Positions 1 through 11,033 of a DNA stretch of 64,000 bases are shown here, piece by piece. The stretch covers positions 372,001 to 436,000 of the forward strand of contig JAPMXV010000044.1 in the NCBI GenBank assembly GCA_026936335.1, written 5' to 3'. The stretch's first letter is position 1. Every line of letters begins with the position of its first letter. The notes beneath the pieces were generated by a model. That model was not told the origin of the DNA and searched no databases. It was given only the letters and a program-made list of their open reading frames with translations. The translations under genes and the position numbers were made by a program. The stretch comes from Mantamonas sphyraenae STR306 (lineage: Eukaryota; Protista; CRuMs).

Positions 1-554
1 GCAGTGAACCACGCACCACTCCCTTCACCCGAGTGCCTGGGTTCCACAGCGGCGTCAAGGCCGGTGCTGCCAGTCCCTTTACCCCCGGCACAAACGTCCA
101 ACGACACATGCGCTTCAGCATCGGCACCATGCGTGCTGTTGAAGACGACGACGACGAGGACGATGATGACGAGGACGATGACACGGGCGATGACCATGGC
201 CACGATGTCCATGTGGAGGACCAGGAGAACGCCCCTGTGAGTGGCAACACACAATCCAGCTCAGCCAACAACGTGGTCGCCAAGGACAACAACAGCCAAG
301 CTGCAGCCAAGAAGTTTGATCTGAGTGTGTTTCCCACTGTGTTTCAGGAGGGTGTGGGTGCCTTGCAACTCACCGAGGTGTACAGCCAGTTTGTGGGTGA
401 CAAGGTGATGTCCATTGGCGACGTGCAGGGCTTGGTGGACGGCACTCTTGACGACGACCGTGTGCTGCTGCTTCTGGATGCCCTTGAGACGCGTGGTTAC
501 CTTCGTCAGCTGTTTGCCAACGGTGAAATCTATTGGCAGCGATGCAATGAATGA
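1..554 (+). CDS. ASK1: DASH/Dam1 complex subunit Ask1-like protein, copy 1 (5' part outside window)
   Basis: Near-identical to the 3' part of the gene at 8572-9894, whose N-terminus carries the Ask1 motif; stop TGA at 552-554. Confidence 0.75.
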   Translation, partial: SEPRTTPFTRVPGFHSGVKAGAASPFTPGTNVQRHMRFSIGTMRAVEDDDDEDDDDEDDDTGDDHGHDVHVEDQENAPVSGNTQSSSANNVVAKDNNSQAAAKKFDLSVFPTVFQEGVGALQLTEVYSQFVGDKVMSIGDVQGLVDGTLDDDRVLLLLDALETRGYLRQLFANGEIYWQRCNE

Positions 555-619
555 CGCGCGCGGTTTCATCACTCTTCCTCACTCTGATCACTGACCCTCC
601 GCTCCACACGTTGACGTGG
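1..619 (+). repeat. Direct segmental repeat, copy 1 (partner 9344-9961; left end outside window)
   Basis: Base-level match to 9344-9961 with one 3-nt indel, one 2-nt indel and a few substitutions; the match ends after ...TTGACGTGG. Confidence 0.97.
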
Positions 620-3600
620 CTTCTCCGGGCTGCTGTTCTGCTGCGACACATTGGCGTCACTGTTGCTCTTTGATTCCGCAAATGCACGGCTCCAAGCCTT
701 GTCCACGCGGTCTTTGCGCTCCATGAGTGCCGTTTGCATCTCCATGTCACGCAGGGCTGGCGGTGCACGGATGTACACGAGAATTACGGGTGTCACAATG
801 AACCCAAACCACATGCCCAGGAACACAGACATTGTGAGGACCACAAAGATGCCAAAGACGACGCCGCGTGTGAGGAAGATCAAGATGCCCAGCAGCGCAG
901 TGCTCACAAACCCATTGACCACTGCGGGCCCCATCTCCGCATATGCGTTCTGCATACGCTCCAGTGGCTTTCCTGGAGTGACAAAGAATTCGTGGACCAT
1001 GTGACAGCAAAAGTCCACCGCAATGCCCACGGACATGTACAGAGCCAGGGCGGAGCTTACATCCAGCGGGACGTTGAAGAAGCCGATGAGTCCCGCAGAA
1101 AGAGAAAAGGAGAAGCCAATGCTGACAAAGACAAACAACGCACCCAGTGGGTTGATCAGAAGCAGACAGGAGATGAGCACAGAGAACAGCTGGCCCAGCA
1201 ACACCGCGGTGCGCAGTTGGTCCCACAGCAGCACCGTCACCTCTCTCACGTACATGTCCGCAGCAAACACGCCCACTTGCGTGTTCCCATTGTCGTACTC
1301 AGCGACAATGCCACGGATTTTCCGGAAGAGTGCAATCACCTCGTGGACCACCGGCGATATCTTCACCTGCAGGGTCTCCTGGACAGCCACCAGTTGCCTT
1401 CTGGTTGCATCCTTGAAGCGGACGGTGCGCACGATCCAAGGGTACCGTGTGGAGGTGAGCATGGCGTCCAGCACGGTGTAAAAATCGTCGCGGCTTGCTG
1501 GGAGACCCGTGCTGGACAGCAGAGAGATGTTGTTCAGGGACTGGATGCCATGTTGTGATCGAAGAAAGATACGCATGTGGTTCAGGAGATGGATGGGTGT
1601 CGCTGCGGCCAGTGGGGTAAGTTTGGCCATCATCGCGTCGACCAACAGCTGTTGGGCTGGATCATGCAACTGTTCAGCCATGCGCCCGTCGTAGGTAATG
1701 TACACATCCTCTTCGGTCCCAGCAAAGAGGGTCTGGGTCTGTCTGTAGTAGACGCCGGGCGATTGGTTGCCGATGAACCATTCGTGCTGCGATGAGGCGC
1801 CGGGTTGAACATCATGCAGCCCCACAACTGCCACTGCAATGATGCCCATGGAGATGAGCATGACAATGACGTGTGTGACTTTGCTCCGCATGACGCGGAA
1901 AAATGGACCGGCGAGAAATGTGCGCAGGAGGGTGCTGGAGCGTTGCTGCAGGAACTTGCGTGCTGCCTCACGCTGCTGTGCCGCCTGAAATTGGTTGTAG
2001 GCATCAACGTCGTTCTGGGTGGCCCAGCGAGCGTCTCCACGAATGGTTTCACTTGCGAGCACGTTCATGGAGTCGAACACGGTGGATTCGCCTTCAGGGC
2101 GCAAGGACGCAGACCGTGGCGACTCCAACGCGGTCTGTGCACCACTTGCCACCGCCTCTGAGTGTGTGTGTCCATCCTCCTCTTCCACGACAGACAAGCG
2201 ACGAGGCGCAGGGTTGCCAGCCACGCTGACCACGTAGGTGTGGTTGCCATGGCTGCTGCGTCGTCGATCGCTCCCTGAGGTGCGCTGGGCATCTGTGGAG
2301 TTTCCCACGCTGCTTGCACGCATACGATGGTTGTTGGCATGGACGATCCTGCGTTCTGGCGAAGCATCTGCAATGGGTGACGAGTTGGAGCCGATGGTAA
2401 CCACTTCGGCGGAAGCGCTGGGGCGTCGTGACGAGTGTACGGGACTAGAAGTGGCCAGGCTGTCCGGCACCGACGTGGGGTCTTCCAAGTAGGGGTTGGA
2501 TACATGATGCACGTCGTCGATGATGGTCACCATGTGCTGACCAGCATCGCGTGAGCTGTCATCGTCCTCCTCGTCCCCATTCGTGGCAGTGGACTTGATG
2601 CAATAGGAACAGCAAGCACGTACGAGGCCCTTCTCGGAGGTTTCGAGATCCAAGTAGGTAAGTGCAGCGAAGAAGGTGACCTGGAACACGTAATCGACGA
2701 AGATGGCGATGGTGAGGAGGATGCCAAACATCTGCAAGGCGGGTGAGGGCGACCATGCCGACGACAGGAACACAGCCATATCTGTCACACTGGTCATGGT
2801 GATGCTTGTGCTGGCTGAGGGTGGGTGGTGGCGCGTGGAGACGCAGCGTGGGTGTCAGCAAAGGTGTGCGATGCGCGAGCGTTGTGCCGGGATCAAAAGG
2901 GAATCGACGCAGGAAACAGTGCCATTGGCAGACACACAGTCACGTACAGTCTGCCAAACCGACGGTAAAGCGCTTGCGAGGAGATCCCACACGCCTGTTG
3001 ACGCTGTTGAGCATGATGAACATGTCATCGACGCCGATGGCAAAGACAACAAACAAGCCCGGAATGGCTATGTTTGGGATGCCGCTGTCCTGTACAGCGA
3101 CGCACAGGAGCAGAGAAACGCCGATGGAGAGGATTACGTTCACGACGCCTGCGAGAACGAGTCGGACCTGCGAACGTTTGCGGTTGGGCTTGAAATTGAC
3201 AAGGGTGCAATACAGAAAGATGCTACCCAGCGCGATGAGATAGGTGGTGGGTGGTAAGGAGGAGGTGAGCACCTGTAGGGACGGCGAAGGCGCGTGTGTC
3301 AGCGGACCCAAAAACACACTGCTGTTCTTCTGGAAGCAACGGGAAAAAAAGGGGTGTCTCACCGTGGTTGATGTGCCGACAATGAGCGTGGGGAAATTGT
3401 AAGCCTCTGTAAAAAGTGCCACTGCATGGCCGATGATGCCGTAGCTGTTTGTCTCCTGGCGCCCAAACTTGTTCAGAGGAAGGTTGAACAGAGGGAAGCG
3501 AATCCGGAACGCGTGCGCAGAAATCGAGCTTCCCGAGACGGAAGCGTCACTGGAGAGGGCACCCTGCCTGGAGAGAAGGACTCCGGTATGCATGGCACGC

Positions 3601-4215
3601 ACGTCGAGCGTTTCCAGGCCGGTACCATTGGCGGCGACGGCAGCAGAGGCGGAATAAAGAGCAGCGACGGTGGAGGTGTTCAGGTCGATTGGCAGGCCTG
3701 CCAAAAGGCACTGGTCCCACGAAGGGCGGCAGTCGTGCGTGGACCCACGTTGCGCGAACCGACGAGTGCGTTTGTTGCGATGTCCGGGGATCGCGGGGCA
3801 CAGAGTTGGCCCAGGGAAAACGCTGAACCTTCAGGGAGTGCCACACGCACGCTTTCAAACAAACGTGTGAGGAAAATGCGCAGCTCAGAGAACGCCTCTG
3901 GGTAATGACATTGGCACCGGTGTGTTGTGAGGTGACCACGAGGGTGAGATGCTCGCGCAATCCAAACCGCGAAAGAGCGACTCTGGGCGAGTCGCGCAGC
4001 TCGGCGTTGGGAGCCAGCAGCCGCACGTCCTGGTCGAGGAACAGGCGGTCGGCAAACGGCACGAGGACAGCGACGATGACGAGTGGGAAGAGAACGTAGG
4101 GCCACGGATGATGGGAAATTCGGACGGCGTGGTTGTAGAACAGCGAGTGCAGCCACAGGTCCAACTTTAGGACCTGGACGCATGTAGCTGGGAGCTTTGC
4201 GCTGCAACACCACAT
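569..4215 (-). CDS. Patched/NPC1-family RND (sterol-sensing domain) 12-TM protein A, about 1140 aa; needs two +1-nt corrections
   Basis: Exons 4215-3363, 3272-2948, 2814-569; introns GTGAGA..CAG (90 nt) and GTACGT..CAG (133 nt). TM4 FAIGVDDMF, TM5 SITMTSVTD, TM10 VGIAVDFCCH, TM11 MGPAVVNGFVST. Frame jumps near 3900 (NVIT->PEAFSELR) and near 3725. No NPC1 N-terminal domain seen. Confidence 0.85.
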
Positions 4216-4354
4216 GGGTGTGTGGATTGCGGAACATGCGCACAATGGACTGAGCAGAGAAAGGAGGGGGGGATTGGGGGGAGGGATCACAGATGAAAGG
4301 AAATGGGATGGCTCAGCTTTTGCGGCGAAGGCGCCATCCATTCAAACTGTTGCC

Positions 4355-7300
4355 ATGGGTTGGGGTGAACGAATCCTCAACAAACCATGGGCATGCGTGC
4401 TGGGGCCGTTTGTGGTGACGGCACTGTGCATGCTGTTCATCCTGCCTGTGGGCACCGAGCACAACGTGCTCGAGTTGAACGCAGGGCAGGTGGAGGGCAT
4501 GCGGTTTGCCAGCAACATCAGCACTGCAGCACACAGTCAGGAAGCCCGCGTTGGGTTGTTTGGTTACAGTGTGCGCATGGGTGTCATTCTCCATCGGGTG
4601 CCCGGGCAACGGTTGGCTCTCGACTCGGTGGCAGGCACCTCGGAAACGGCGCCACAGCACTTGTTCCAGGAACCCCTGGCATCGGCGTCTCAGCCTGCAA
4701 ACATGCTCACCACGGCGATGATGGGCAGGCTGTTGGGTCTCAAACAGCGTGCAGAGGCATATACCCTGCACAATGTGACACTGGCCAGTCTGTGCGTGAC
4801 AAAAGTGGGGCCCGACGAGGTGACCACGCCCGGTTTCAACCGCCCAATAGCGGCACCCAGTGCAGCACCGAATCCCTGCTTGCTCTGTGGGGGGACTCAC
4901 AGACCACATTGGAGGCAGACGCACGCCCTGTGCTAGACACAGTCAATGCTGCATTTGCAGGCGCCGGTGTGAATCACCACGTGCAAGCATCATCATCCAT
5001 GGGCGGGGCGGCAACCGCCTACGTGCGCAACCGAGGCCTCTCGGCACAAAAGACCCTGGTTATGGACCAGGTGCAAGGATTCGATCCGACACAAGGCAAC
5101 CTGACAGCTGCACAGGTGCTTGGATTGCGTTTGAACTGGCAATTGGTACGTTTTGTTGCGTTTTCCCTTTTGAGGCATCCTTGCGCGCCTCTATCCGACA
5201 GCCGTTGGCGACCGTTTCGGCGTTTGTGCGGACGCATTTTCCACAGAACGCCAGCGAGATGGTTGTGCAATGAGCAAGGATCCACCAGAGCGCCGATGAG
5301 TGTGCAGATGCGAGGTCAGGGCCCGACTGACACGACATGACGTCCCAACGTTGTCCCGGAGCAGATTTTGCCGTGGAACACAAGCCAAAGCGACGTGGAG
5401 GCTGTAGTGGGCTTTGTGCATGGGTGGAAGAGACACATGGAAGCATCGGAGGTGCCGAGTGGGCTCACTGTGTCCACAGAGGGAGAGATGCGAGGGAGAA
5501 GTAGCCTGAACGTGGGCAGTGTGCTTTTCCTGGTGGTTGTGAGCGTGTGTGTGTCCCTTTTGTCGTGGAATGGCAAGCGAGGCACGCAATGGATCCAATG
5601 GATGGGCTTTGTGGCTGGCCTGTGTGCAGTGGCCACGGGGATGACGGTGACACGCTGGTTTCTGCGCACGGCACTGCTCGGGTACGACACACAGCTGGGA
5701 TGGATGGTGGCGGGGATGTTGGTACCTTTGATGCTCATCATGCTCCAATCGTATCTGGATGCGCTTGCGACGCACACATTTGCAAATCTGAACGCTGAGG
5801 AGGAGATCTGGGGCGAGTTGGCACCAGAGGACAAGGTGACGCTTGCATGGGAGCGAGTGTGGAAGCAATGGCGAGTGTTTGTTCCCTGCTTTGTGGTTGT
5901 GTGCATCATGGTGGCGGTGTCTGGGAGTGCGTTTGGGCTGCAATTGGGCCTGCACGCAGCGGTGACGGCTACTGTGGGGTTGGGGTACATGTGCAGCATG
6001 GTGCCTGCGTTTGCATACGTGGAAAGTGTGCGCTGGGCACGTGGCGGCCGTGTGGCTGGTCTGCGTGGATACCTGGCTTTGTTTGCTGGGCAGGCAACGA
6101 CCAAAACAGAACTGGAACAGATCAAACCTCGTGCGGTGCCGTCCATCCGTGTGAGTGAGCAGGCGGTTGCAGATGCAGAGGCGCATCATCATGCACCGGG
6201 GGAGCGCAAGTCACACGAGTACTCTGAGGATGACCACAGCCACAACGGGGCGGACGACGACGGGGAGACAATGTCACGCATCAGCACCACACACTCGTTG
6301 ACGCCTGGGTTGCCTTCAATGGCCACGTTACACCCGGAACAACCATCACACAACGGCAATGACAACACAGGGAGGATGATGTCTCGAGCGGGATCGCCGA
6401 CAGCATCCATGGCATCGATGGCGACAGTGAGCGAGTCGGTCGCATCGGGGTCGACAGCAACCATGCACCTGAGCGTAGCCACACCCACCACGGGGAGGTC
6501 GGCACGAGAGGCAAGAGGAGGAGAAGGGGTGTCGTTGCCTCGGGTGGGCAATCTGACGGTGCCATCGGTGCACGGGAGGGATAACGAGCAGGTGGGAGGG
6601 AAGCTGCTGCGACTCACAAAGTCGGCACACCACGAGCAAACCCAGACCAACGACGATGGAATCGTCAAGAGTGCATCGACGGACACACACACAATGACAG
6701 TGTCGCGGTCGGAGGAGGTGGCCATGGCATCGCGCAGCAAAACATTGTCGTCGGGTCAGAGCATGCGCAAGGTGGGCTCGTCGGGGTCGTTCTGGTCGCG
6801 TGGGTCTTCGTTGGCAGCGGCCATGGAGCACGATCAGAGCACGTCGGTGGCATTGGCCATGAGGGACATGTGGACGACCAGCCAGCAGGTGGTGGAGAGG
6901 GTGAGTGTTGCGTTCAGCTCACGTGTGGGCCAGGTGCTGGCCGGGGTGGTGCTGCTGGCACTGGTGCTGGTGGCTGTGAGCTCGTTGGCAATGCTGCGTG
7001 TGCAGTGGACAGGGATGGTGGGACAGAGCATGGCATTGGGAGACGAAGGGAGCATGGCAGCGCAGCTGTGTCAGGATGCACAGATGGCGTGTGCAGACAC
7101 CCTCACGCTGTTGATGACAGGCAGTGACCAAGCTGACCTGAGCCAAGCCAGCGTGCAGGGAAACCAGCTTGCGTTGTGGCAATCGGTGGTGTCTGACAAG
7201 GCCAAAGAATGGGCGTTGTTGCCCGGCGGCCACCGGTGGTTTCTCATCGACATGCGGGAGTACGTGCGAGAGGTGAACGCAAGCACACCCAATCTGTTCC

Positions 7301-8392
7301 GCGACGTGGCCATGCCACATGCACTGCCCACGGGCGGTTCGTTTGCAGTGATCCTGCGCATGTTTCTCGCCGATGCACGCTACCAACATCATCGTCGCAA
7401 CGTGGTGTGGCAGGACACTCGTCTGCGCACCCTCCACGCGCATCGCATGGAGTTTGATCTGTCACTGGCTGGCCTGGCTGCCGATGGGGTTGCCATGCAT
7501 CGGCGATGGCACGCCATCCAGAGTCAGATGACGTTGTGGGGCGTGCCCCACTGGACCACGCCGCGGCTGACCGATGCTGCGGTTGCTCAAGAGAGCACCC
7601 TTACCATGTGGGCGTCTTCGCTGGCCACCCTGTGCTTGTGTGTGGCTGCCGGTGTGCTTCGGGTGCCCACGGCAAGCGCAGCCGTTGTCCTGTTGCTGGC
7701 CAACGTGACCACCCTCATTGTGGGTGTGGCAGCTGTGCTCTTGTCTGGTGTGCCTGTGGGTGTGGTGGCGTTGGCTGCGATGATGTTGGCCCACCCTTTG
7801 GTGAGCCAGCTGCAAACGCGCCTGCTGCGCTCCCTTGTGTTTCTCACCGTGGGTTCCACCCGCGCACGCGTCCTCACCGTCCTTGTGCGATCCAGGCACA
7901 CCCTATTGTATGGCACTGTGGCGTGTGTGGCTCCGCTGATCCTTTGGGTGGATGCACATGGTCCCATGCGCGTGCTCCTTGGCCGCCTTTGCCATCTACC
8001 TTGTCGTCGGTGTCCTCCTCACCCACCTCCTTCTGTTTCCTCTGTTCTCCCTCCTTTCGGTCCGCACAAAGGCGGTCTCACGCAGACGTACGCGCAAACC
8101 CGACCCCCGATCCGGCCAGGGTGCCCTCGATCGCGCCTGGAAGAAGCAGTTTGAGCATCACGACCCCGAGCGCGAGCGCAAGAAGCCCGTGTCGCTTGTG
8201 GGGATGGATGAGAAGCAATTTGAGGAACAGGTGCGTACAAAGAGTGTGTTGGAGAAGTTTCAGGAGGATGGGTACAAGCGCACGCGCGCGAGGAGTTTGC
8301 GTCGCGACGAGGAAAAGAAGAACGAGGCTCGCAAGCAGCAGTACGAGATGGAGGCACGCAGGGAGAGCAGAGAGAGAGACGGTGGACGATAA
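4355..8392 (+). CDS. Divergent Patched/NPC1-family RND-like protein B, about 1270 aa, lacking acidic transport motifs; two frameshifts
   Basis: Exons 4355-5145 and 5365-8392 (intron GTACGT..GACTGAC..CAG). 1+5+1+5 TM layout; luminal motifs NMLTT, LASLC, QCSTESLLALW; segment FAVILRMFLADARY..VVWQDTRLRTLHA aligns with protein A FYTVLDAMLTSTRY..VRFKDATRRQLVA. Frame jumps near 4830 and 7980. Confidence 0.7.
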
Positions 8393-8571
8393 TGAGTCGT
8401 TTGGTATATGTGTGTGTGTGTGTGTGCACTCGGTGAAGGCGCAAGTGCAGACAACGAAAGTTTCCACAGCCCCCATTTCATTTTGTACGTGTGCTGGTCC
8501 CGCATCAACCCTCCACACCCTTCCATGACCCTCCCCCTCTCTGACACATCGCCACACGTGGACAGCCCTCA

Positions 8572-9894
8572 ATGAGTGACTTTAGCCAAGAAGAGGCCGT
8601 GGAGATGCTGGAGCAGCAGATCACGCTCACGCTCCAGCAGATCGACACCAACTTCCAGCACGGCTTTGAGAGCAGCACCCGTCTGCTGGCCAAGGTCAAG
8701 ACCTTCCAGACACACACGGCCGATGTGCATGCCAACTTGCAGGTGAGTGATGAGTGTGTGTGGACGATGTGTGTGCGTGTGTGTGTGTGGGGCTGCTCGA
8801 CAGGTTGCCGTTGGCTGAAAAGGCGGCGGACGACGGATTTTTGGCGCCACGGCACAAGTTCGGCCCCGTGGAGGGTAATGGAGACTTGTGTCGTATGGGC
8901 TTGGTGTCTGCTGAGCGGGGGCACGGAGGGAGATGGGAGGGAGCAGTGGGGTGGGTGGAGATACGGTTGTGGGGATGGGATGCGAAGGCAGAGTGGGAGA
9001 GCGGGGTTGGGTCGGACGCCACTGACACGGATGGGTTGCCACGTGCAGATCTGGAACCAGTTCTTCAACAGCTTCCACACAGTGGGTGTGTCGGATGAGC
9101 TGCAACAGCGTCTGTATCAGGCTCAGCAGACCCAGCAAGCACAGGACCTCAGTTTGTTGGCAAGCACACAGGTCCAGGCAACCACCACCACCGCCGCCAC
9201 CACGACCCCAGCCACACACAATGGACCCACCTCCAACACCTCCAACACCATCGATGATGGGAACAACAACACCAAACAGAACCAAGAGGAGGACAACGAC
9301 GACAAAGACCTCAGCTCGCCTGCTCTGTCCACTCCCACCCTGGGCAGTGAACCACGCACCACTCCCTTCACCCGAGTGCCTGGGTTCCACAGCGGCGTCA
9401 AGGCCGGTGCTGCCAGTCCCTTTACCCCCGGCACAAACGTCCAACGACACATGCGCTTCAGCATCGGCACCATGCGTGCTGTTGAAGACGACGACGATGA
9501 CGATGATGACGAGGAGGATGACGCGGGCAATGACCATGGCCACGATGACCATGTGGAGGACCAGGAGAACGCCCCTGTGAGTGGCAACACACCATCCAGC
9601 TCAGCCAACAACGTGGTCGCCAAGGACAACAACAGCCAAGCTGCAGCCAAGAAGTTTGATCTGAGTGTGTTTCCCACTGTGTTTCAGGAGGGTGTGGGTG
9701 CCTTGCAACTCACCGAGGTGTACAGCCAGTTTGTGGGTGACAAGGTGATGTCCATTGGCGACGTGCAGGGCTTGGTGGACGGCACTCTTGACGACGACCG
9801 TGTGCTGCTGCTTCTGGATGCCCTTGAGACGCGTGGCTACCTTCGTCAACTGTTTGCCAACGGTGAAATCTATTGGCAGCGATGCAATGAATGA
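8572..9894 (+). CDS. ASK1: DASH/Dam1 complex subunit Ask1-like protein, copy 2 (338 aa spliced)
   Basis: Exons 8572-8742 and 9049-9894 (intron GTGAGT..ACTGAC..CAG). N-terminus LEQQITLTLQQIDTNF...IWNQFF matches the Ask1 signature LEQEITLTLQEIDxNF...FWKQFF, and the splice restores it. Confidence 0.8.
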   Translation: MSDFSQEEAVEMLEQQITLTLQQIDTNFQHGFESSTRLLAKVKTFQTHTADVHANLQVSDECVWTMCVRVCVWGCSTGCRWLKRRRTTDFWRHGTSSAPWRVMETCVVWAWCLLSGGTEGDGREQWGGWRYGCGDGMRRQSGRAGLGRTPLTRMGCHVQIWNQFFNSFHTVGVSDELQQRLYQAQQTQQAQDLSLLASTQVQATTTTAATTTPATHNGPTSNTSNTIDDGNNNTKQNQEEDNDDKDLSSPALSTPTLGSEPRTTPFTRVPGFHSGVKAGAASPFTPGTNVQRHMRFSIGTMRAVEDDDDDDDDEEDDAGNDHGHDDHVEDQENAPVSGNTPSSSANNVVAKDNNSQAAAKKFDLSVFPTVFQEGVGALQLTEVYSQFVGDKVMSIGDVQGLVDGTLDDDRVLLLLDALETRGYLRQLFANGEIYWQRCNE

Positions 9895-9961
9895 CGCGCG
9901 CGGTTTCATCACTCTTCCTCACTCTGATCACTGACCCTCCGCTCCACACGTGTTGACGTGG
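9344..9961 (+). repeat. Direct segmental repeat, copy 2 (partner 1-619)
   Basis: Direct sequence match to the window start. Confidence 0.97.
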
Positions 9962-9988
9962 TAATCCAACGATTCATCGTCTCGAATC

Positions 9989-10972
9989 TCAAATCTCTTC
10001 GTAGATGCTGTCGTTCTGCGCAATCAGCTGATCGTAAAAGTCGTTGTAGTTTTCCACTTTCTCCTTCTTCTCCTCCTCCTCAGGTAGGGTGTCAAACACA
10101 AAGTGATTCTTTGCACGTACCACCAGATAGCTGTACTGCTTCCTCCTTTCCGCCACAAAGTCCGCGTCCACCGCCGTGCGCGAGACATCAATCAGCCGCA
10201 GCTGGCTCAGTTCGTCAAGCAGCACGTCCACACCCGTTTCCCCCACTTCGGAACAGAAGGTGAGGTTCACCTCCTCGAGATGGGAGCAACACTTGGCAAT
10301 CACCACGCAGGTGTCATCAGAGATATCTGCCCAGCCGAGATTGAGGAAGCGCAACTCGGGCAACGAAGTGACCATCAGCTCGACGCCAGCATGGGAAAAG
10401 CCACACCCGTCCACATTCAACGACTGCAACTGCTCAAAGGAGGCAATGTGTGTGGCACTTTTGTCGTTGATGCGCTCACACTCGCTGAGGTTCAGGTGGG
10501 TGAGCTTGGGGCAATGGGTGGCGAGGGAATTCACGCAGGCGTTTGTCAGCTTCGTGCAATGGGAAAAGTCCACGTCACGCAGATGCCATGCTGCTGTTTG
10601 TGCCAGACTTTCCACCCATTCGTCAGAGATGGGCATGGTGGACACCTCGAGGTGACGCAGGGTCGGCGGAAAGTTGTTTGCCAACACCTGCAGGGTTCCC
10701 AGTGGCATCTGCCTGCACCCATTGATCACCAGTGACTTTGGATGCCGTTTACAAATCACTTCCATGGCCAAATCCCAGTCCAGATGCTTGTTTTTGGTGA
10801 AAAACACCGCAAAAATCCGTACGGATTCCCACAGTCGGGGATCCTCTGCGTACTCGCGCCATGCATGCGACACCAGCGCACAGTTGACCAGTTCGTGGCG
10901 TGGGAGGAAGCTGAGGATGTTGACGACCACCTCAAACGGCAGTTCCTCGATGGGAAAGGCATCCACAGCCAT
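9989..10972 (-). CDS. F-box/LRR-repeat protein (FBXL-type), 327 aa
   Basis: F-box LPFEVVVNILSFL...CALVSHAWREYAEDPRLW followed by Cys-containing LRRs (LRDVDFSHCTKLT, LTHLNLSECERIND, LEEVNLTFCSEVG). Confidence 0.9.
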   Translation of the reverse strand: MAVDAFPIEELPFEVVVNILSFLPRHELVNCALVSHAWREYAEDPRLWESVRIFAVFFTKNKHLDWDLAMEVICKRHPKSLVINGCRQMPLGTLQVLANNFPPTLRHLEVSTMPISDEWVESLAQTAAWHLRDVDFSHCTKLTNACVNSLATHCPKLTHLNLSECERINDKSATHIASFEQLQSLNVDGCGFSHAGVELMVTSLPELRFLNLGWADISDDTCVVIAKCCSHLEEVNLTFCSEVGETGVDVLLDELSQLRLIDVSRTAVDADFVAERRKQYSYLVVRAKNHFVFDTLPEEEEKKEKVENYNDFYDQLIAQNDSIYEEI

Positions 10973-10983
10973 CGGTGGGGAGC

Positions 10984-11021
10984 GGTGTTTGTGTTTGCCT
11001 TGGCAGCGGCAAACAAACACC
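10984..11021. promoter_or_regulatory. Palindromic core of a 61-bp bidirectional promoter
   Basis: GGTGTTTGTGTTTGCC (10984-10999) and GGCAAACAAACACC (11008-11021) form an imperfect inverted repeat between divergent ATGs at 10972 and 11034. Confidence 0.45.
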
Positions 11022-11033
11022 ACGCCCTTCGTG

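Noticed and set aside
8743-9048. In-frame, stop-free introns (Ask1 306 nt, gene A 90 nt, PACS 177 and 84 nt, ACAD8 156 nt) as regulated retention or protein inserts
   Set aside because: About a third of the introns I modelled are 3n, as expected by chance; stops are rare at this GC content; removing them restores conserved motifs.
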